From contig OZ007038.1 in NCBI GenBank assembly GCA_963931685.1, positions 529,964-593,963 of the forward strand: DNA of 64,000 nt, read 5' to 3'. Source of the stretch: an uncultured Bacilli bacterium. GTDB lineage: Bacteria > Bacillota_I > Bacilli_A > RF39 > UBA660. Made by a program: the position numbers and the translations under genes. A model generated the notes under the pieces. It saw only the letters and a list, made by a program, of their open reading frames with translations, did no database searches and was not told where the DNA came from. This document shows, in pieces, positions 39,631-50,356 of the stretch (the stretch's first letter is position 1; every line of letters starts with the position of its first letter).

Positions 39631-42165
39631 TTGATGGAGAGAAAGTTTATTTATGGTGTGATGTTTTTAGTTTCATTTTTTATGTTTAGCTTTGATGTTA
39701 GTGCAGCTACTATAAAAGAAGGTGTATATACGATTCAAAGTGCGATTGCTAATAAAACTTTAGATGTTGCTGGCGGGCAAACTAGTAATGGTACTAATGT
39801 TCAATTGTATCAATCTAATGGAAGCAATGCTCAAAGATGGTATGTAAAACAATTGGATGATGGCTATTATGAAATTACAACAATGCTTGATAATACTAAA
39901 TCACTTGATGTGGCAGGTGGTAAATTAGTTAATGGAACAAATGTTCAAATATATAATTCTAATGGTTCTGATTCTCAAAAATGGTATTTTAATGATGCTG
40001 GTGATGGATATTATTATATTATTTCTAAACGTAATGGTTTATATGTTGATGTAGCTGGTGGTAAATCCGCAAATGGAACTAATATTCAAATGTACAAAGG
40101 GAATAAAAGTAATGCTCAAAAGTTTAAATTTATCGAAGATATCGAGGGAAAGCAGTCATTAGAGGATGGAGTTTATTCTATTACAAGTTTAGTCAACAAT
40201 AATGTTTTTTTTGATACTAAAGGTAATGCTTCTAGTGAAGCTGGTATTATTTTAAATAATAAAACTGATGAGTGGAATCAACTTTGGAGAGTTAAATATT
40301 TAGGTGATGGTTATTATAGTATTACATCTTATGAAGATGAAAGACTTTCTTTAGATGTTAAAGGTGGTAAGTCTAGTAATGGTACTAAAATTCAATTATA
40401 TAAAACAAATAATAGTAATGCTCAAAAATGGATTATATATGAAAATGATGGGTATTATAATATAATTTCTTATATTGATAAAATGTATGTGGATGTTAAA
40501 GATGGAAAGCTTTCTAAGGATGGGGTAATTCAACTTTATCATGGAAATGGTACTGATGCCCAAAAATTTATTTTTAATAAAGTTTCTGTGTCACAAATTA
40601 GTGATGGTTATTATACTTTAAATAGCGCTTTAGACGAGAAAAAAGTTGTTACAGTAAATTCTAATCTTACATTTAATGGAATTGAATCTGATTTAAGAAC
40701 TGATTTAGATATTAATTCACAAAAATGGTATATAGAATATTTACAAGATGGTTATTATGTTATAAAGTCAGGAATTTCTGGTAATTATGTGTTAGATGTA
40801 AAAAGTGGAGGTACTACAAATGGTACTAAAGTGCAGTTATATACATCTAATAAGAGCGATGCACAAAAATGGTATATAAAGGATGCTGGTGATGGATATT
40901 ATTATTTGATTGCAAAACATAGTAATAAGTATATGGACGTTACTAGTGGAAAAAGTGCTGATGGTACTAAAATTCAAACATATACTGGAAATGAGACCAA
41001 TTCTCAGAAGTTTAAATTAACTGAAACAAAAATTAATGATAAGGATGTAATAAGTCATATTTATGAAGAGGGCTATTATACAATATCTAGTAAGCTTGAT
41101 TTAAATAAAGTTGTAGATGTTAATGGGGCAAAAAAAGCTAATGGCACGAATGTTTGGCTTTATAACAATAATAGTTCAGTTGCGCAAATTTGGTATTTAC
41201 ATAAGTTAGATGATGGTTATTATTATATTACTAGTTCTATGAATCCAGAAACGGCTTTAACAGCAGCAAGTGGTGATATTAAAAATCAAATTAATGTTAT
41301 GCTTTCTAAATATACAGGAGCCAATACTCAAAAATGGGGACTTAAATATACTTCAGATGGATATATTTCTATTGTTAACAAAGCGAATGGACTTAATTTG
41401 GATGTTCAAGGTGGAAATGTGGCCAATGGCACTAATATTCAATTATATGAAAATAATAATTCTAATTCACAAGCTTTTAAAATAACAAAAAATACTAGTC
41501 AGAAGGTTTATACTGGTATTGATGTTTCACATCACCAAAATATAATAGATTGGGCGAATGTTTCTAATTCTGGCGTAGGATTTGTTATTATTAGAGCAGG
41601 ATATGGTGGTAATTGGACTGAACAAGATGATAGACAATTTTTAAATAATGTTGCTGCTTGTGAAAGGTTTAATATTCCATATGGTTTATATTTGTATTCG
41701 TATGCTAGTGAAATAGATGATAGTGACCATAGTGCTCAAAATGAGGCTAGACATATGCTTAGATTAATTGATGAAATTGAGAAAAATAATTATTCTCCTA
41801 ATCTTGGTACTAAGGTATTCATAGACATGGAAGATAATAGTGTGGTTAATGCTGGTAAAGATAAGTTAACTGCTGTTTCTGATACTTTCTGTTCAGAGAT
41901 TGAATCTAATGGTTATAGCTGCGGAATATATGCAAATAAAACGTGGTTAACTAATTATTTAAATTCTCAAGAACTTGCTAAGAAATATGAGATTTGGTTA
42001 GCTGAATGGTTACCTGTACCTAGTCCGACTTTTAATTATGCAAAAACACAAAAACCAACTTATAATTTAACTCCATTTAAGTATTGGCAGTTTGCATCAG
42101 ATGGTAAAGTTGCTGGTATAACTGGTAATGTTGATTTAGATTTGGGATATGATATTTTTGATTAA
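39631..42165 (+). CDS. Secreted 844-aa protein with multiple ricin-B (beta-trefoil, QxW) lectin repeats and a C-terminal GH25 muramidase (lysozyme)
   Basis: Signal peptide present. Repeated ...NAQRWYVKQLDDGYYEI, DSQKWYFNDAGDGYYYI, NAQKFKF and NSQKFKL lectin units. GH25 motif GIDVSHHQNIIDWANVSNSGVGFVIIRAGYGGNWTEQDDRQF. Confidence 0.75.
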   Translation: MMERKFIYGVMFLVSFFMFSFDVSAATIKEGVYTIQSAIANKTLDVAGGQTSNGTNVQLYQSNGSNAQRWYVKQLDDGYYEITTMLDNTKSLDVAGGKLVNGTNVQIYNSNGSDSQKWYFNDAGDGYYYIISKRNGLYVDVAGGKSANGTNIQMYKGNKSNAQKFKFIEDIEGKQSLEDGVYSITSLVNNNVFFDTKGNASSEAGIILNNKTDEWNQLWRVKYLGDGYYSITSYEDERLSLDVKGGKSSNGTKIQLYKTNNSNAQKWIIYENDGYYNIISYIDKMYVDVKDGKLSKDGVIQLYHGNGTDAQKFIFNKVSVSQISDGYYTLNSALDEKKVVTVNSNLTFNGIESDLRTDLDINSQKWYIEYLQDGYYVIKSGISGNYVLDVKSGGTTNGTKVQLYTSNKSDAQKWYIKDAGDGYYYLIAKHSNKYMDVTSGKSADGTKIQTYTGNETNSQKFKLTETKINDKDVISHIYEEGYYTISSKLDLNKVVDVNGAKKANGTNVWLYNNNSSVAQIWYLHKLDDGYYYITSSMNPETALTAASGDIKNQINVMLSKYTGANTQKWGLKYTSDGYISIVNKANGLNLDVQGGNVANGTNIQLYENNNSNSQAFKITKNTSQKVYTGIDVSHHQNIIDWANVSNSGVGFVIIRAGYGGNWTEQDDRQFLNNVAACERFNIPYGLYLYSYASEIDDSDHSAQNEARHMLRLIDEIEKNNYSPNLGTKVFIDMEDNSVVNAGKDKLTAVSDTFCSEIESNGYSCGIYANKTWLTNYLNSQELAKKYEIWLAEWLPVPSPTFNYAKTQKPTYNLTPFKYWQFASDGKVAGITGNVDLDLGYDIFD

Positions 42166-42182
42166 AATATAGGAGTGGTGAT

Positions 42183-43166
42183 ATGCCTAAAATATCTGTT
42201 ATTATACCTGTTTATAATGGCGAAAAATATATTCAAAGATGTATTGATTCAGTATTTAATCAGACTTATAGTAATGTAGAAATAATTGTTGTTAATGATG
42301 GAAGTACTGATAATACAGAAAACATTTTGAAAAAATATTCAAATATAGTTTTAGTGAATAAAAAAAATGAAGGTGTTTCAAAGGCCAGGAATACTGGCCT
42401 TTCTTTAGCAACCGGTGATTATGTTTATTTTTGTGATGCGGATGATTATTTAGAAAAAGATGCATTTGAAGTTTTGATAAATGAATATGATGAAAATGAT
42501 TTGCTTAGATTTGGGCATTATGTAGTTAATGGTGAAAAAAAGAAGGAAAAGAAAAATACCGATGATGTTTTGGCTTTAGTTGATTTAACTTTTGATAGTA
42601 AGAAGCTTTTAGAATATTTAGTTTCAAACAAAACAGAGGGACATTTATGGAATTATCTGTTTAAATTGAGTGTTATTAAAGATAACAAAATTTTATTTGA
42701 TGAAGAATTATTTTATCAAGAAGATGTTATGTTTTTGCTTGAATATTGTTTAAAGATTAAAAATGTTAAAGTTATTTCTAATCCTTATTATAATTATTGT
42801 GTCAATGAAAATAGTGTAACTAAAAATATTGAAAGTTCCATTAGAAATTTATCTTCAATTGCAAATTTACGTTATAAAATTTTGAAGTTATTAAAAGATA
42901 GCAATAATATGAATTTATCCTCTTTACTTGAACAACGCTTTTTGAATCTGCAACTTAGTTATATTTTAGATTACCGTAAAAAACTTTCTAAAAAAGAATA
43001 TTTTAATGCTTTGAAGAGAATTGCTACAGCGAATTATGAATATTATGTGGAAGTTTTAAAAGAACCTATTTCAAAAAAATGGAAAATATTTATTAATCTT
43101 TTAAAAAACAAAAGAATGCATTTATTTAATTTTTATATTAGGTTATATTTACTATTTAAAAAATAA
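42183..43166 (+). CDS. GT2 glycosyltransferase
   Basis: ISVIIPVYNGEKYI, VVNDGSTDNT and CDADD. Confidence 0.8.
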   Translation: MPKISVIIPVYNGEKYIQRCIDSVFNQTYSNVEIIVVNDGSTDNTENILKKYSNIVLVNKKNEGVSKARNTGLSLATGDYVYFCDADDYLEKDAFEVLINEYDENDLLRFGHYVVNGEKKKEKKNTDDVLALVDLTFDSKKLLEYLVSNKTEGHLWNYLFKLSVIKDNKILFDEELFYQEDVMFLLEYCLKIKNVKVISNPYYNYCVNENSVTKNIESSIRNLSSIANLRYKILKLLKDSNNMNLSSLLEQRFLNLQLSYILDYRKKLSKKEYFNALKRIATANYEYYVEVLKEPISKKWKIFINLLKNKRMHLFNFYIRLYLLFKK

Positions 43167-43226
43167 TATTTTTATCATTGGCTTAATAGGGAAAATAATG
43201 TATAATTATAATAACAAGGAGGATAT

Positions 43227-43712
43227 ATGGCAAAGGAGAAAAAGAAAAAAGTTTTGTTTATCGCGAGTACCGGGGGACATTTATCTGAATTAATGCAACT
43301 TAGACCACTTTTTGATTATTATGATTATCGTATTATTACTGAAAAAACGCCTTCTAATCTTTCATTGAAGGATAAATATAAGAAAAAAGTTAGTTTTGTA
43401 ATATATGGTACTAAAGATCATAAGTTTACCTATTTATTTAAACTATTTTTTAACTGTTGGATTGAATTATTTAATTATATTAAATTTAGGCCAAAATATA
43501 TTGTTACAACTGGCGCACATATAGCTGGACCCATGTGCTGTATTGGTAAGTTATTTGGCAGTAAAATAATTTTTATTGAGACATTTGCTAATATAAATAC
43601 CAAGACAATTACTGGAAAACTTGTATATAAGTTTGCTGATTTATTTTTAGTTCAGTGGGAAGATATGTTAGAACTTTATCCTAATGCTAAATATTGGGGT
43701 AGTGTTTTTTAG
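43227..43712 (+). CDS. Alg14-like glycosyltransferase membrane/enhancer subunit (EpsE/Cps14F-like)
   Basis: KKVLFIASTGGHLSELMQL; 161 aa. It is paired with the downstream Alg13-like gene. Confidence 0.7.
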   Translation: MAKEKKKKVLFIASTGGHLSELMQLRPLFDYYDYRIITEKTPSNLSLKDKYKKKVSFVIYGTKDHKFTYLFKLFFNCWIELFNYIKFRPKYIVTTGAHIAGPMCCIGKLFGSKIIFIETFANINTKTITGKLVYKFADLFLVQWEDMLELYPNAKYWGSVF

Positions 43713-43721
43713 GAGGTATTT

Positions 43722-44201
43722 ATGATTTTTGTTGCACTTGGAACACAAGATAAAAGTTTTGAAAGACTTTTGAAAATTATTGATGAAAATATAGAAAATA
43801 ATGTTATAACTGAAGAAGTTATTGTACAAGCTGGTTATACTAAATATAAAAGCGATAATATGCAGATATTTGATTATGTAAGTATAGATGATTTTAATAA
43901 GTATATTAATGAATGTTCCTTATTTATTACACATGGTGGAGTAGGAAATATTTTGTCTGCTTTGAAAGCAAATAAAAAAATTATTGCTGTACCTAGACTT
44001 GCTAAATATAAGGAACATACAAATGATCATCAGTTACAGATTGTTAATAACTTTTATGAAAAAGGATATATTTTAAGGTTACTTGAAACAGATGATTTTA
44101 AAGAGGTTTATGAAAAGGCTAAGAATTTTGAACCTAAAAAATGGGTAAATAATAATGATTTACTGATTAGTAAATTAAAAGAGTATATAGATAATAATTG
44201 A
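43722..44201 (+). CDS. Alg13-like (GT28 C-terminal domain) glycosyltransferase catalytic subunit (EpsF/Cps14G-like)
   Basis: MIFVALGTQDKSFERLL...THGGVGNILSAL; 159 aa. Confidence 0.7.
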   Translation: MIFVALGTQDKSFERLLKIIDENIENNVITEEVIVQAGYTKYKSDNMQIFDYVSIDDFNKYINECSLFITHGGVGNILSALKANKKIIAVPRLAKYKEHTNDHQLQIVNNFYEKGYILRLLETDDFKEVYEKAKNFEPKKWVNNNDLLISKLKEYIDNN

Positions 44202-44218
44202 TAGAATGGATGTGAATT

Positions 44219-45709
44219 ATGGTTGAGAAAATTAAAAATAATTATTTATATTTAATATGTTTTATATTTTTTCTTGTCATTCTTTCGCTAGCGCCAATAA
44301 ATGGTGATGATTGGGGTAATTATCCTGTTGGGGCTCAAGGATTAAGAATGATATTGTCGGCCGCAAAAGGTATGTATTTTTCATGGGAAGGTCGATTTAT
44401 TAGTAGAATTTTTATTTATTTGTTTACATATTATAAAGTCTTATTTGTGGTTGTAACTTCTGGACTATTAACATTAATTGTTTATATAGCTAATAAAATT
44501 ATTGGTAAAGTTCAAAATAAGGCTATATATATTATGCCATTTATATTTTTGCTTTTATTAAATGTTAATAGTATTTCGCAGACATATACTTGGATTGCTG
44601 GTAGTATTACATATTTATATCCTGCTTCTATTGTATTAGCTTATTTTTACTATTTATATCAAAAGAAAGAATTTAAATTTGGAAATATTGAATTTTTAAT
44701 TTTATTATTTATAAATACTATTACACCAATGTTTGTTGAAAATATTGGTCTTGCATTTGTATTTGGCAATATTTTATGGTTAATATTACATAGGAAAGAA
44801 GATAAAAAAGAACTTGTTAAATTTGGTATTTTATCTGTTGTTTCAGTAGTGGCTTTGGTTTTAATGCTTATTTCTCCTGGAACGGCAAATAGAGTAAATA
44901 CTGAAACTGAATTTTATAGTATGAATATATTTGGAAGAATTTTTTCTAATATACCTTATTTAATCGGTTATGCTATTACTAGAAATATAATTGTATTAGT
45001 TATGATGTCTTTGGCTATTTTGATTGTTTTGAAAAAGAAAAATATTAAGACACGTTATATTATATTATTTTTGATTATTCCAATTTTAGGTGTTATCCAA
45101 AATTTATACTTAATGTTTCCTTTGGATTTTAATGGTATAGATGCTAATAAACTTGCATCAATGTGTGGAATTTTTGGTGTAGATAATTGGTATTTTATAT
45201 TTTATTGGATTTTATTTGTAGTCTTATTTTTCTATTCTATTATTTATTTAGTGCAAGATGATAAAGAAAAAATGTTTTTGATATTTTTGACTTTGGTTGG
45301 TGGTGTGGCTATTGGTTCTATGCTTGTATCTCCAACATGGGGTGAGAGAACAGCTATTTTATCAGAGTTTATATTTTTAATTGTATCACTTAGACTTATA
45401 AAAGATAATTTTAATTTAAATAAAAGTGTGTATGTATTTTTGATTTTAATTATTATATATTTTATTGTTATGTTTGTTTTAATATTTATTATGCAAAAAG
45501 ATAGAGATGTTTATATAGAAAAACAATTAAAAGATAAAAATATAGATACAATTGAGGTTTATGATCAGTTTATATATTATATTTGGACAAGAGGTCCTTG
45601 GGGCGAATATCATACTAAAGTATTTAAAAAATATTATGGTATTCCAGAAGATAAAAATGTTAAAATAGTTGATCATAAATTTGAAAAAATTTTGTATGAT
45701 GTTTTCTAA
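44219..45709 (+). CDS. Polytopic membrane protein, candidate Wzy/EpsG-like polysaccharide polymerase
   Basis: A 496-aa protein with more than 10 TM helices, located inside the glycosyltransferase cluster. Confidence 0.4.
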   Translation: MVEKIKNNYLYLICFIFFLVILSLAPINGDDWGNYPVGAQGLRMILSAAKGMYFSWEGRFISRIFIYLFTYYKVLFVVVTSGLLTLIVYIANKIIGKVQNKAIYIMPFIFLLLLNVNSISQTYTWIAGSITYLYPASIVLAYFYYLYQKKEFKFGNIEFLILLFINTITPMFVENIGLAFVFGNILWLILHRKEDKKELVKFGILSVVSVVALVLMLISPGTANRVNTETEFYSMNIFGRIFSNIPYLIGYAITRNIIVLVMMSLAILIVLKKKNIKTRYIILFLIIPILGVIQNLYLMFPLDFNGIDANKLASMCGIFGVDNWYFIFYWILFVVLFFYSIIYLVQDDKEKMFLIFLTLVGGVAIGSMLVSPTWGERTAILSEFIFLIVSLRLIKDNFNLNKSVYVFLILIIIYFIVMFVLIFIMQKDRDVYIEKQLKDKNIDTIEVYDQFIYYIWTRGPWGEYHTKVFKKYYGIPEDKNVKIVDHKFEKILYDVF

Positions 45710-45724
45710 AATGGTGGTGTTTAT

Positions 45725-46729
45725 ATGCAAGAAAAAATTGATTTTGTGATAATGTGGGTTGATGGGAGTGACCCTAAATGGCTTGAAGAAAAAAATAAAT
45801 ATTTAGATAAAAAAATTGATACTAGCAATGCTATTAATAGATATAGAGATATGGGACTTTTAAAATATTGGTTTAGAGGTGTAGAAAGGTTTGCTCCTTG
45901 GGTAAATAAAATTCATTTTGTTACTTGGGGTCATGTTCCTTCTTGGCTTAATACCGATAATCCTAAGTTAAATGTTGTTAAGCATGAAGATTTTATTCCT
46001 CAAAAGTATTTACCGGTTTTTAATGCTAATGCCATAGAAATTCATTTACACAGGATAAAAGACATTGCTGATAAATTTGTTTTTTTCAATGATGATATGT
46101 TTCTTTTAAAGCCAATTGATCCGTCATATTATTTTAAAAATGGTCTTCCATGTGATTTTTGGAGAGATAATATTCCATATTGTGATGATAAAACAGATAC
46201 TTTATTTGAACATATTTTATTAAATGATAAAATGCTTATTTGTAGACATTTTAATAAAAGGAAAGTTATTAAGCAAAACTTTTCTAAATGTTTTAATCTA
46301 AAATATGGAAAGAGAAATATAAGATTTTTATTGCTTTATAAATGGCCTTATATGGCTGGTTTTGATAATTTTCATATGGCCGCTCCTTTTTTGAAAAGTA
46401 CTTTTGAAGATGTTTGGAAAAAAGAATATGATGTTTTAGAAACGACAGCTTATTCAAAGTTTAGAAGAATGGTAGATGTTAATCAATATGTTTTTCAGCT
46501 ATGGCAAATTTATACTGGTAATTTTGAACCAAAATCTATTAAAAAGATTGGAAAATTCTTTGTTTTAGGTAACAATAATGATGATTTGTTTGATTGTATT
46601 GATAATCAAAAAGCTGAAGAGATATGTATTAATGATAGTGATTTGTCTATTGATTATGGTAAAGCTACTAAAGAACTTGCTGAACATTTTGAAAAAATAT
46701 TGCCAGATAAATCTAGTTTTGAAAAGTAA
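45725..46729 (+). CDS. Stealth-family sugar-1-phosphate (hexose-phosphoryl) transferase
   Basis: Stealth CR1 IDFVIMWVDGSDPKW (compare IDVVYTWVNGSD) and CR2 FFNDDMFLLKP. Confidence 0.7.
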   Translation: MQEKIDFVIMWVDGSDPKWLEEKNKYLDKKIDTSNAINRYRDMGLLKYWFRGVERFAPWVNKIHFVTWGHVPSWLNTDNPKLNVVKHEDFIPQKYLPVFNANAIEIHLHRIKDIADKFVFFNDDMFLLKPIDPSYYFKNGLPCDFWRDNIPYCDDKTDTLFEHILLNDKMLICRHFNKRKVIKQNFSKCFNLKYGKRNIRFLLLYKWPYMAGFDNFHMAAPFLKSTFEDVWKKEYDVLETTAYSKFRRMVDVNQYVFQLWQIYTGNFEPKSIKKIGKFFVLGNNNDDLFDCIDNQKAEEICINDSDLSIDYGKATKELAEHFEKILPDKSSFEK

Positions 46730-46740
46730 TGGAGGATGTT

Positions 46741-47697
46741 ATGACGAAAATTAGTGTTATTGTACCTGTTTACAATGTTGAGGATTTACTTCCTAAATGT
46801 TTAGATAGTTTAGTTAATCAAACTTTTGATGATTATGAGGTTATTGTAGTAAATGATGGTTCTCCGGACAATTCGCAAGACATTATTGATGAATATCAAA
46901 AAAAATACCCTAATATCATTAAATCTTTGAAAAAAGAAAATGGAGGCCTTTCAAGTGCTAGAAATTTTGGTTTAAAGTATGCTCAAGGTGAATTTGTTTT
47001 ATATGTTGATTCAGATGATTGGGTTAGTAATGATATGCTTGAGAAAATGTATATGACAGCTGTGAGGGATAATAGTGATATTGTTGTTTGCCGAAGTTAT
47101 ATGGTTTGTGATGATAATTTAGAAGAGATGGATAAAGAGGTTTTGAGTACAGATTTGTATAAAAGATATATTCTTAATAGGCCATCAGCTGCCTGTAAAT
47201 TAGTTAAGAAAGAAATTTTATTGTATCCAGAGCTTGCTTTTTTTGAAGGACATCATTATGAAGATATTGCTGAAGTTCCTGCGTTTGCTTTATATGCTAA
47301 AAATATTTCTTTTATAGATGATTATTTATATTTTTATTTAGTAAGAAAAGGCTCTATTATGCATAATAAAGAATATTCTGAAAAATTAAACGATATTTTT
47401 GATTCACTTGATAATCTTACAAATATATTTATAAATAAAAATTCTTTTGATAAGTATAGAGATGAATTAGAATTTATATATATAAAGCATTTATTACATG
47501 CGGCTTCTTTAAGGTTTTTGCCATATGAAGAGGGTATTTCTTCTTTAAATAGGATATGTGAAATAATGAATGATAAATTTCCAAAATGGTCTAAAAATAA
47601 ATATTATAAAAAAATGAATTTTAAATACAAAATTGTTTGTAATTTAATTTATAAGAAAAAATTTAATTTTTTGAAGAAGATTTTAAAAGTTAATTAG
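46741..47697 (+). CDS. GT2 glycosyltransferase
   Basis: ISVIVPVYNVEDLL, VVNDGSPDNS and VDSDD. A start at 46741 (RBS GGAGG) is preferred over the overlapping 46729. Confidence 0.8.
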   Translation: MTKISVIVPVYNVEDLLPKCLDSLVNQTFDDYEVIVVNDGSPDNSQDIIDEYQKKYPNIIKSLKKENGGLSSARNFGLKYAQGEFVLYVDSDDWVSNDMLEKMYMTAVRDNSDIVVCRSYMVCDDNLEEMDKEVLSTDLYKRYILNRPSAACKLVKKEILLYPELAFFEGHHYEDIAEVPAFALYAKNISFIDDYLYFYLVRKGSIMHNKEYSEKLNDIFDSLDNLTNIFINKNSFDKYRDELEFIYIKHLLHAASLRFLPYEEGISSLNRICEIMNDKFPKWSKNKYYKKMNFKYKIVCNLIYKKKFNFLKKILKVN

Positions 47698-47709
47698 TGG
47701 TGATTATAA

Positions 47710-48858
47710 ATGAAAAAGGACTTATTAATAGTAGTTGATGAAAGAAGAATGGGCGGAGTTTCAATTTTATTAGAAGATATGCTTAATTTAGAAATTTTTT
47801 CTGATTATAATACCGATATTTTGGTTTTACATAATAACGGAAGTAGACTTGAAAATGTTAATGCGAATGTTATTTATGGTACTAATTTTTTTAATACAAT
47901 AGATTTGACAATAAAAGAAGTGTTAAAAACAAAGAAACCTAGTCTTATTTTTTCTAAGGTACGTTTAGTTTTTGAGATGAAAACAGGACTTATTAAGAAA
48001 AGAATAGTTCGTGAAAGAAAAAAAATACTTAATAAAAGATATGATATAGAGATTGCTTTTAAAGATGGTTTTACTGCTATTTTTACTGCTTTTGGTGATA
48101 GTTTAAAAAAGATACATTGGCTTCATTATGAATATGGTGAAAGTAATCCTAACATTAAATACAATAAATTATTTAATGAATTATTACCAAAATTTGATAA
48201 GATAGTGGCTGTTTCTGAAGGGGTAAAGGAAGCTTTTTGTGCTTTTTATAAAATGGATGATATTGAAGTTATACCAAATATTGTTAACAAAGAAAAAATA
48301 AAGCTTTTAGCTCAAGAAAATAGTGAAATTAAATATGAATCAGGCAAGTTAAATGCTGTTTTAATCGGGCGCATTCATCCAGTTAAAGGGTATGATCGGT
48401 TTTTGAACGTGGTTAAAAAATTATACGATGATGGTTATAAGGATAAAATTGTTATAAATATTATTGGTGATGGACCTGATTTTGAAAAAATTCAATCTAT
48501 TAATAATGATTTAAATTTAGATGTTCATTTTTGGGGTAAAATGGATAATCCTTATAAGGAATTAAAAAATATGGATTTACTTATTTTGCCATCTTTATAT
48601 GAAGCTTTTGGTTTAGTTGCTTTAGAGGCTTTAATTTTAGGTGTTCCAGTACTTGCAACTAAAACGGCGGCTACAGAAAAAATTGTCTCTAATGAAATAA
48701 ACGGTTTAGTTGTTGATAATAGTGAAGAAGGAATTTATAATGGAATGAAGGATTTATTAATTAATTTTGGTAAAATAGAGAGATTTAAGGATAATTTGAA
48801 GAATTATAGTTATGATATTGATGATATAATTAAAAAGATTAAAAATATATTAGATTAA
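47710..48858 (+). CDS. GT4 (GT-B fold) glycosyltransferase
   Basis: The C-terminal EAFGLVALEALILGVPVLATK motif (E-x7-E) of the GT4 family. Confidence 0.75.
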   Translation: MKKDLLIVVDERRMGGVSILLEDMLNLEIFSDYNTDILVLHNNGSRLENVNANVIYGTNFFNTIDLTIKEVLKTKKPSLIFSKVRLVFEMKTGLIKKRIVRERKKILNKRYDIEIAFKDGFTAIFTAFGDSLKKIHWLHYEYGESNPNIKYNKLFNELLPKFDKIVAVSEGVKEAFCAFYKMDDIEVIPNIVNKEKIKLLAQENSEIKYESGKLNAVLIGRIHPVKGYDRFLNVVKKLYDDGYKDKIVINIIGDGPDFEKIQSINNDLNLDVHFWGKMDNPYKELKNMDLLILPSLYEAFGLVALEALILGVPVLATKTAATEKIVSNEINGLVVDNSEEGIYNGMKDLLINFGKIERFKDNLKNYSYDIDDIIKKIKNILD

Positions 48859-48889
48859 ACGTAAAGAGGTGCAAGGAGGATAATTTTTT

Positions 48890-50356
48890 ATGAAGAAACT
48901 TACAGATGAGAAACTTTTAAAGAAAATATTATTAATTTTTTTATGTATACAGCCAATTTTAGATTGTTATATTTTATATACTGATGAGGTTATTAACTTT
49001 TTTCATTTTTCACCAACTACTATTATTCGTATGCTTATTATCGCTTTTCTTTTTTGTCTACTTTTCTTTAATAAGAAAAATAAAGAAAATAGAAAAATTA
49101 TATATATATATGGTGGATTAACTATTGTTTATACTATTTTACATCATTTTGTAACATCAGGATTAGATAATAGTGGTTATCCAACTTTTGCTTATAGTAT
49201 TGTAACTGAATTATTCTATATCATTAGAATGTTACTTCCTATAGCGGTAATTTATTTAACATATTTGTTAAAACCTACTAAAGATGAGTTTATTAAATTA
49301 TTTTTAACTATTGGTGCGATTACCTCAGTGATTATTGTTGGTTCTAATCTTTTAGAAATTTCTTTAGCTTCTTATGGTGGAGGAACAATAAAAGGAAATA
49401 TATTTGATTGGTTTTTTAGTAATAAATATGGTTCTCAAGATTTAGCTAGTAAAGGATGGTTTAATTCAGCTAATCAAATTAGTGGTCTTATGTTTATTTT
49501 GCTTCCAATTTGTGTATACTCTTTATTTGAGAAAATAACTAAACCTAGAATTACAGTTGTAATTTTACTTGTCATTTCAATGGTTATGCTAGGAACAAGA
49601 GTGGCATCTTATGGTTGGCTTTTAATTATTATAATGATGATCATTTTATATTTGTTTTTTGCATTCATTATTAAAAATATAAAATTTGAATGGAAAAAAT
49701 TAGTAACAGTTATTTTGATTATGGCTTTTGGGATTGTTTTAATGCTTAATGCTCCTATTGTTAGTACAAATATAGACCATCATGAAAGTAGTGAAGAAGA
49801 ACTTCAAAAAATGCGTGATGAAAATGTTTCAACATTGAAAATGCTTGGATATATAGGAATGAATGAAATATACTATGAAGAAATATATCCATATGAAGAT
49901 CATGAAGAATTTTGGGAGTATGTTGTTGATGATGTTTCTCCAACACAGAGGGTAGGAAATAGAAATTCTCAGCAATTGGTTACTAATGATGTGGCAAAAA
50001 CTTATGAAAATTTTCCACGTAGTTTATTTGGCTTAGGTTATAGTAGATTTATTAATGCGAAGCTATATTTAGAAAAGGATTTTGTTGTTCATTTTTATAC
50101 AATAGGTATTGTCGGAATAATTTTGTTACTTCTTCCATATGTGTCTATTGCTATTTATGGATTATTTAAATCAATTAAAAATAAGAAATTTAATTTGTTT
50201 ATTGTTACCGTTTTAGCAATTTTAGTGTTACCTTTAGGTGTTTCTTATTTTAGTGGACATATTGTTGATGAACTTATTATTTCACTTTATTTAGGATTCA
50301 TTGGTGGATATATTTTATGTGAAAGTAAAGAGGCGAGAGATGATGGTCAAAGTTAG
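48890..50356 (+). CDS. Polytopic membrane protein, O-antigen ligase/polymerase (Wzy)-like
   Basis: A 488-aa protein with more than 10 TM helices and a periplasmic loop rich in E/H/Y. Confidence 0.4.
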   Translation: MKKLTDEKLLKKILLIFLCIQPILDCYILYTDEVINFFHFSPTTIIRMLIIAFLFCLLFFNKKNKENRKIIYIYGGLTIVYTILHHFVTSGLDNSGYPTFAYSIVTELFYIIRMLLPIAVIYLTYLLKPTKDEFIKLFLTIGAITSVIIVGSNLLEISLASYGGGTIKGNIFDWFFSNKYGSQDLASKGWFNSANQISGLMFILLPICVYSLFEKITKPRITVVILLVISMVMLGTRVASYGWLLIIIMMIILYLFFAFIIKNIKFEWKKLVTVILIMAFGIVLMLNAPIVSTNIDHHESSEEELQKMRDENVSTLKMLGYIGMNEIYYEEIYPYEDHEEFWEYVVDDVSPTQRVGNRNSQQLVTNDVAKTYENFPRSLFGLGYSRFINAKLYLEKDFVVHFYTIGIVGIILLLLPYVSIAIYGLFKSIKNKKFNLFIVTVLAILVLPLGVSYFSGHIVDELIISLYLGFIGGYILCESKEARDDGQS

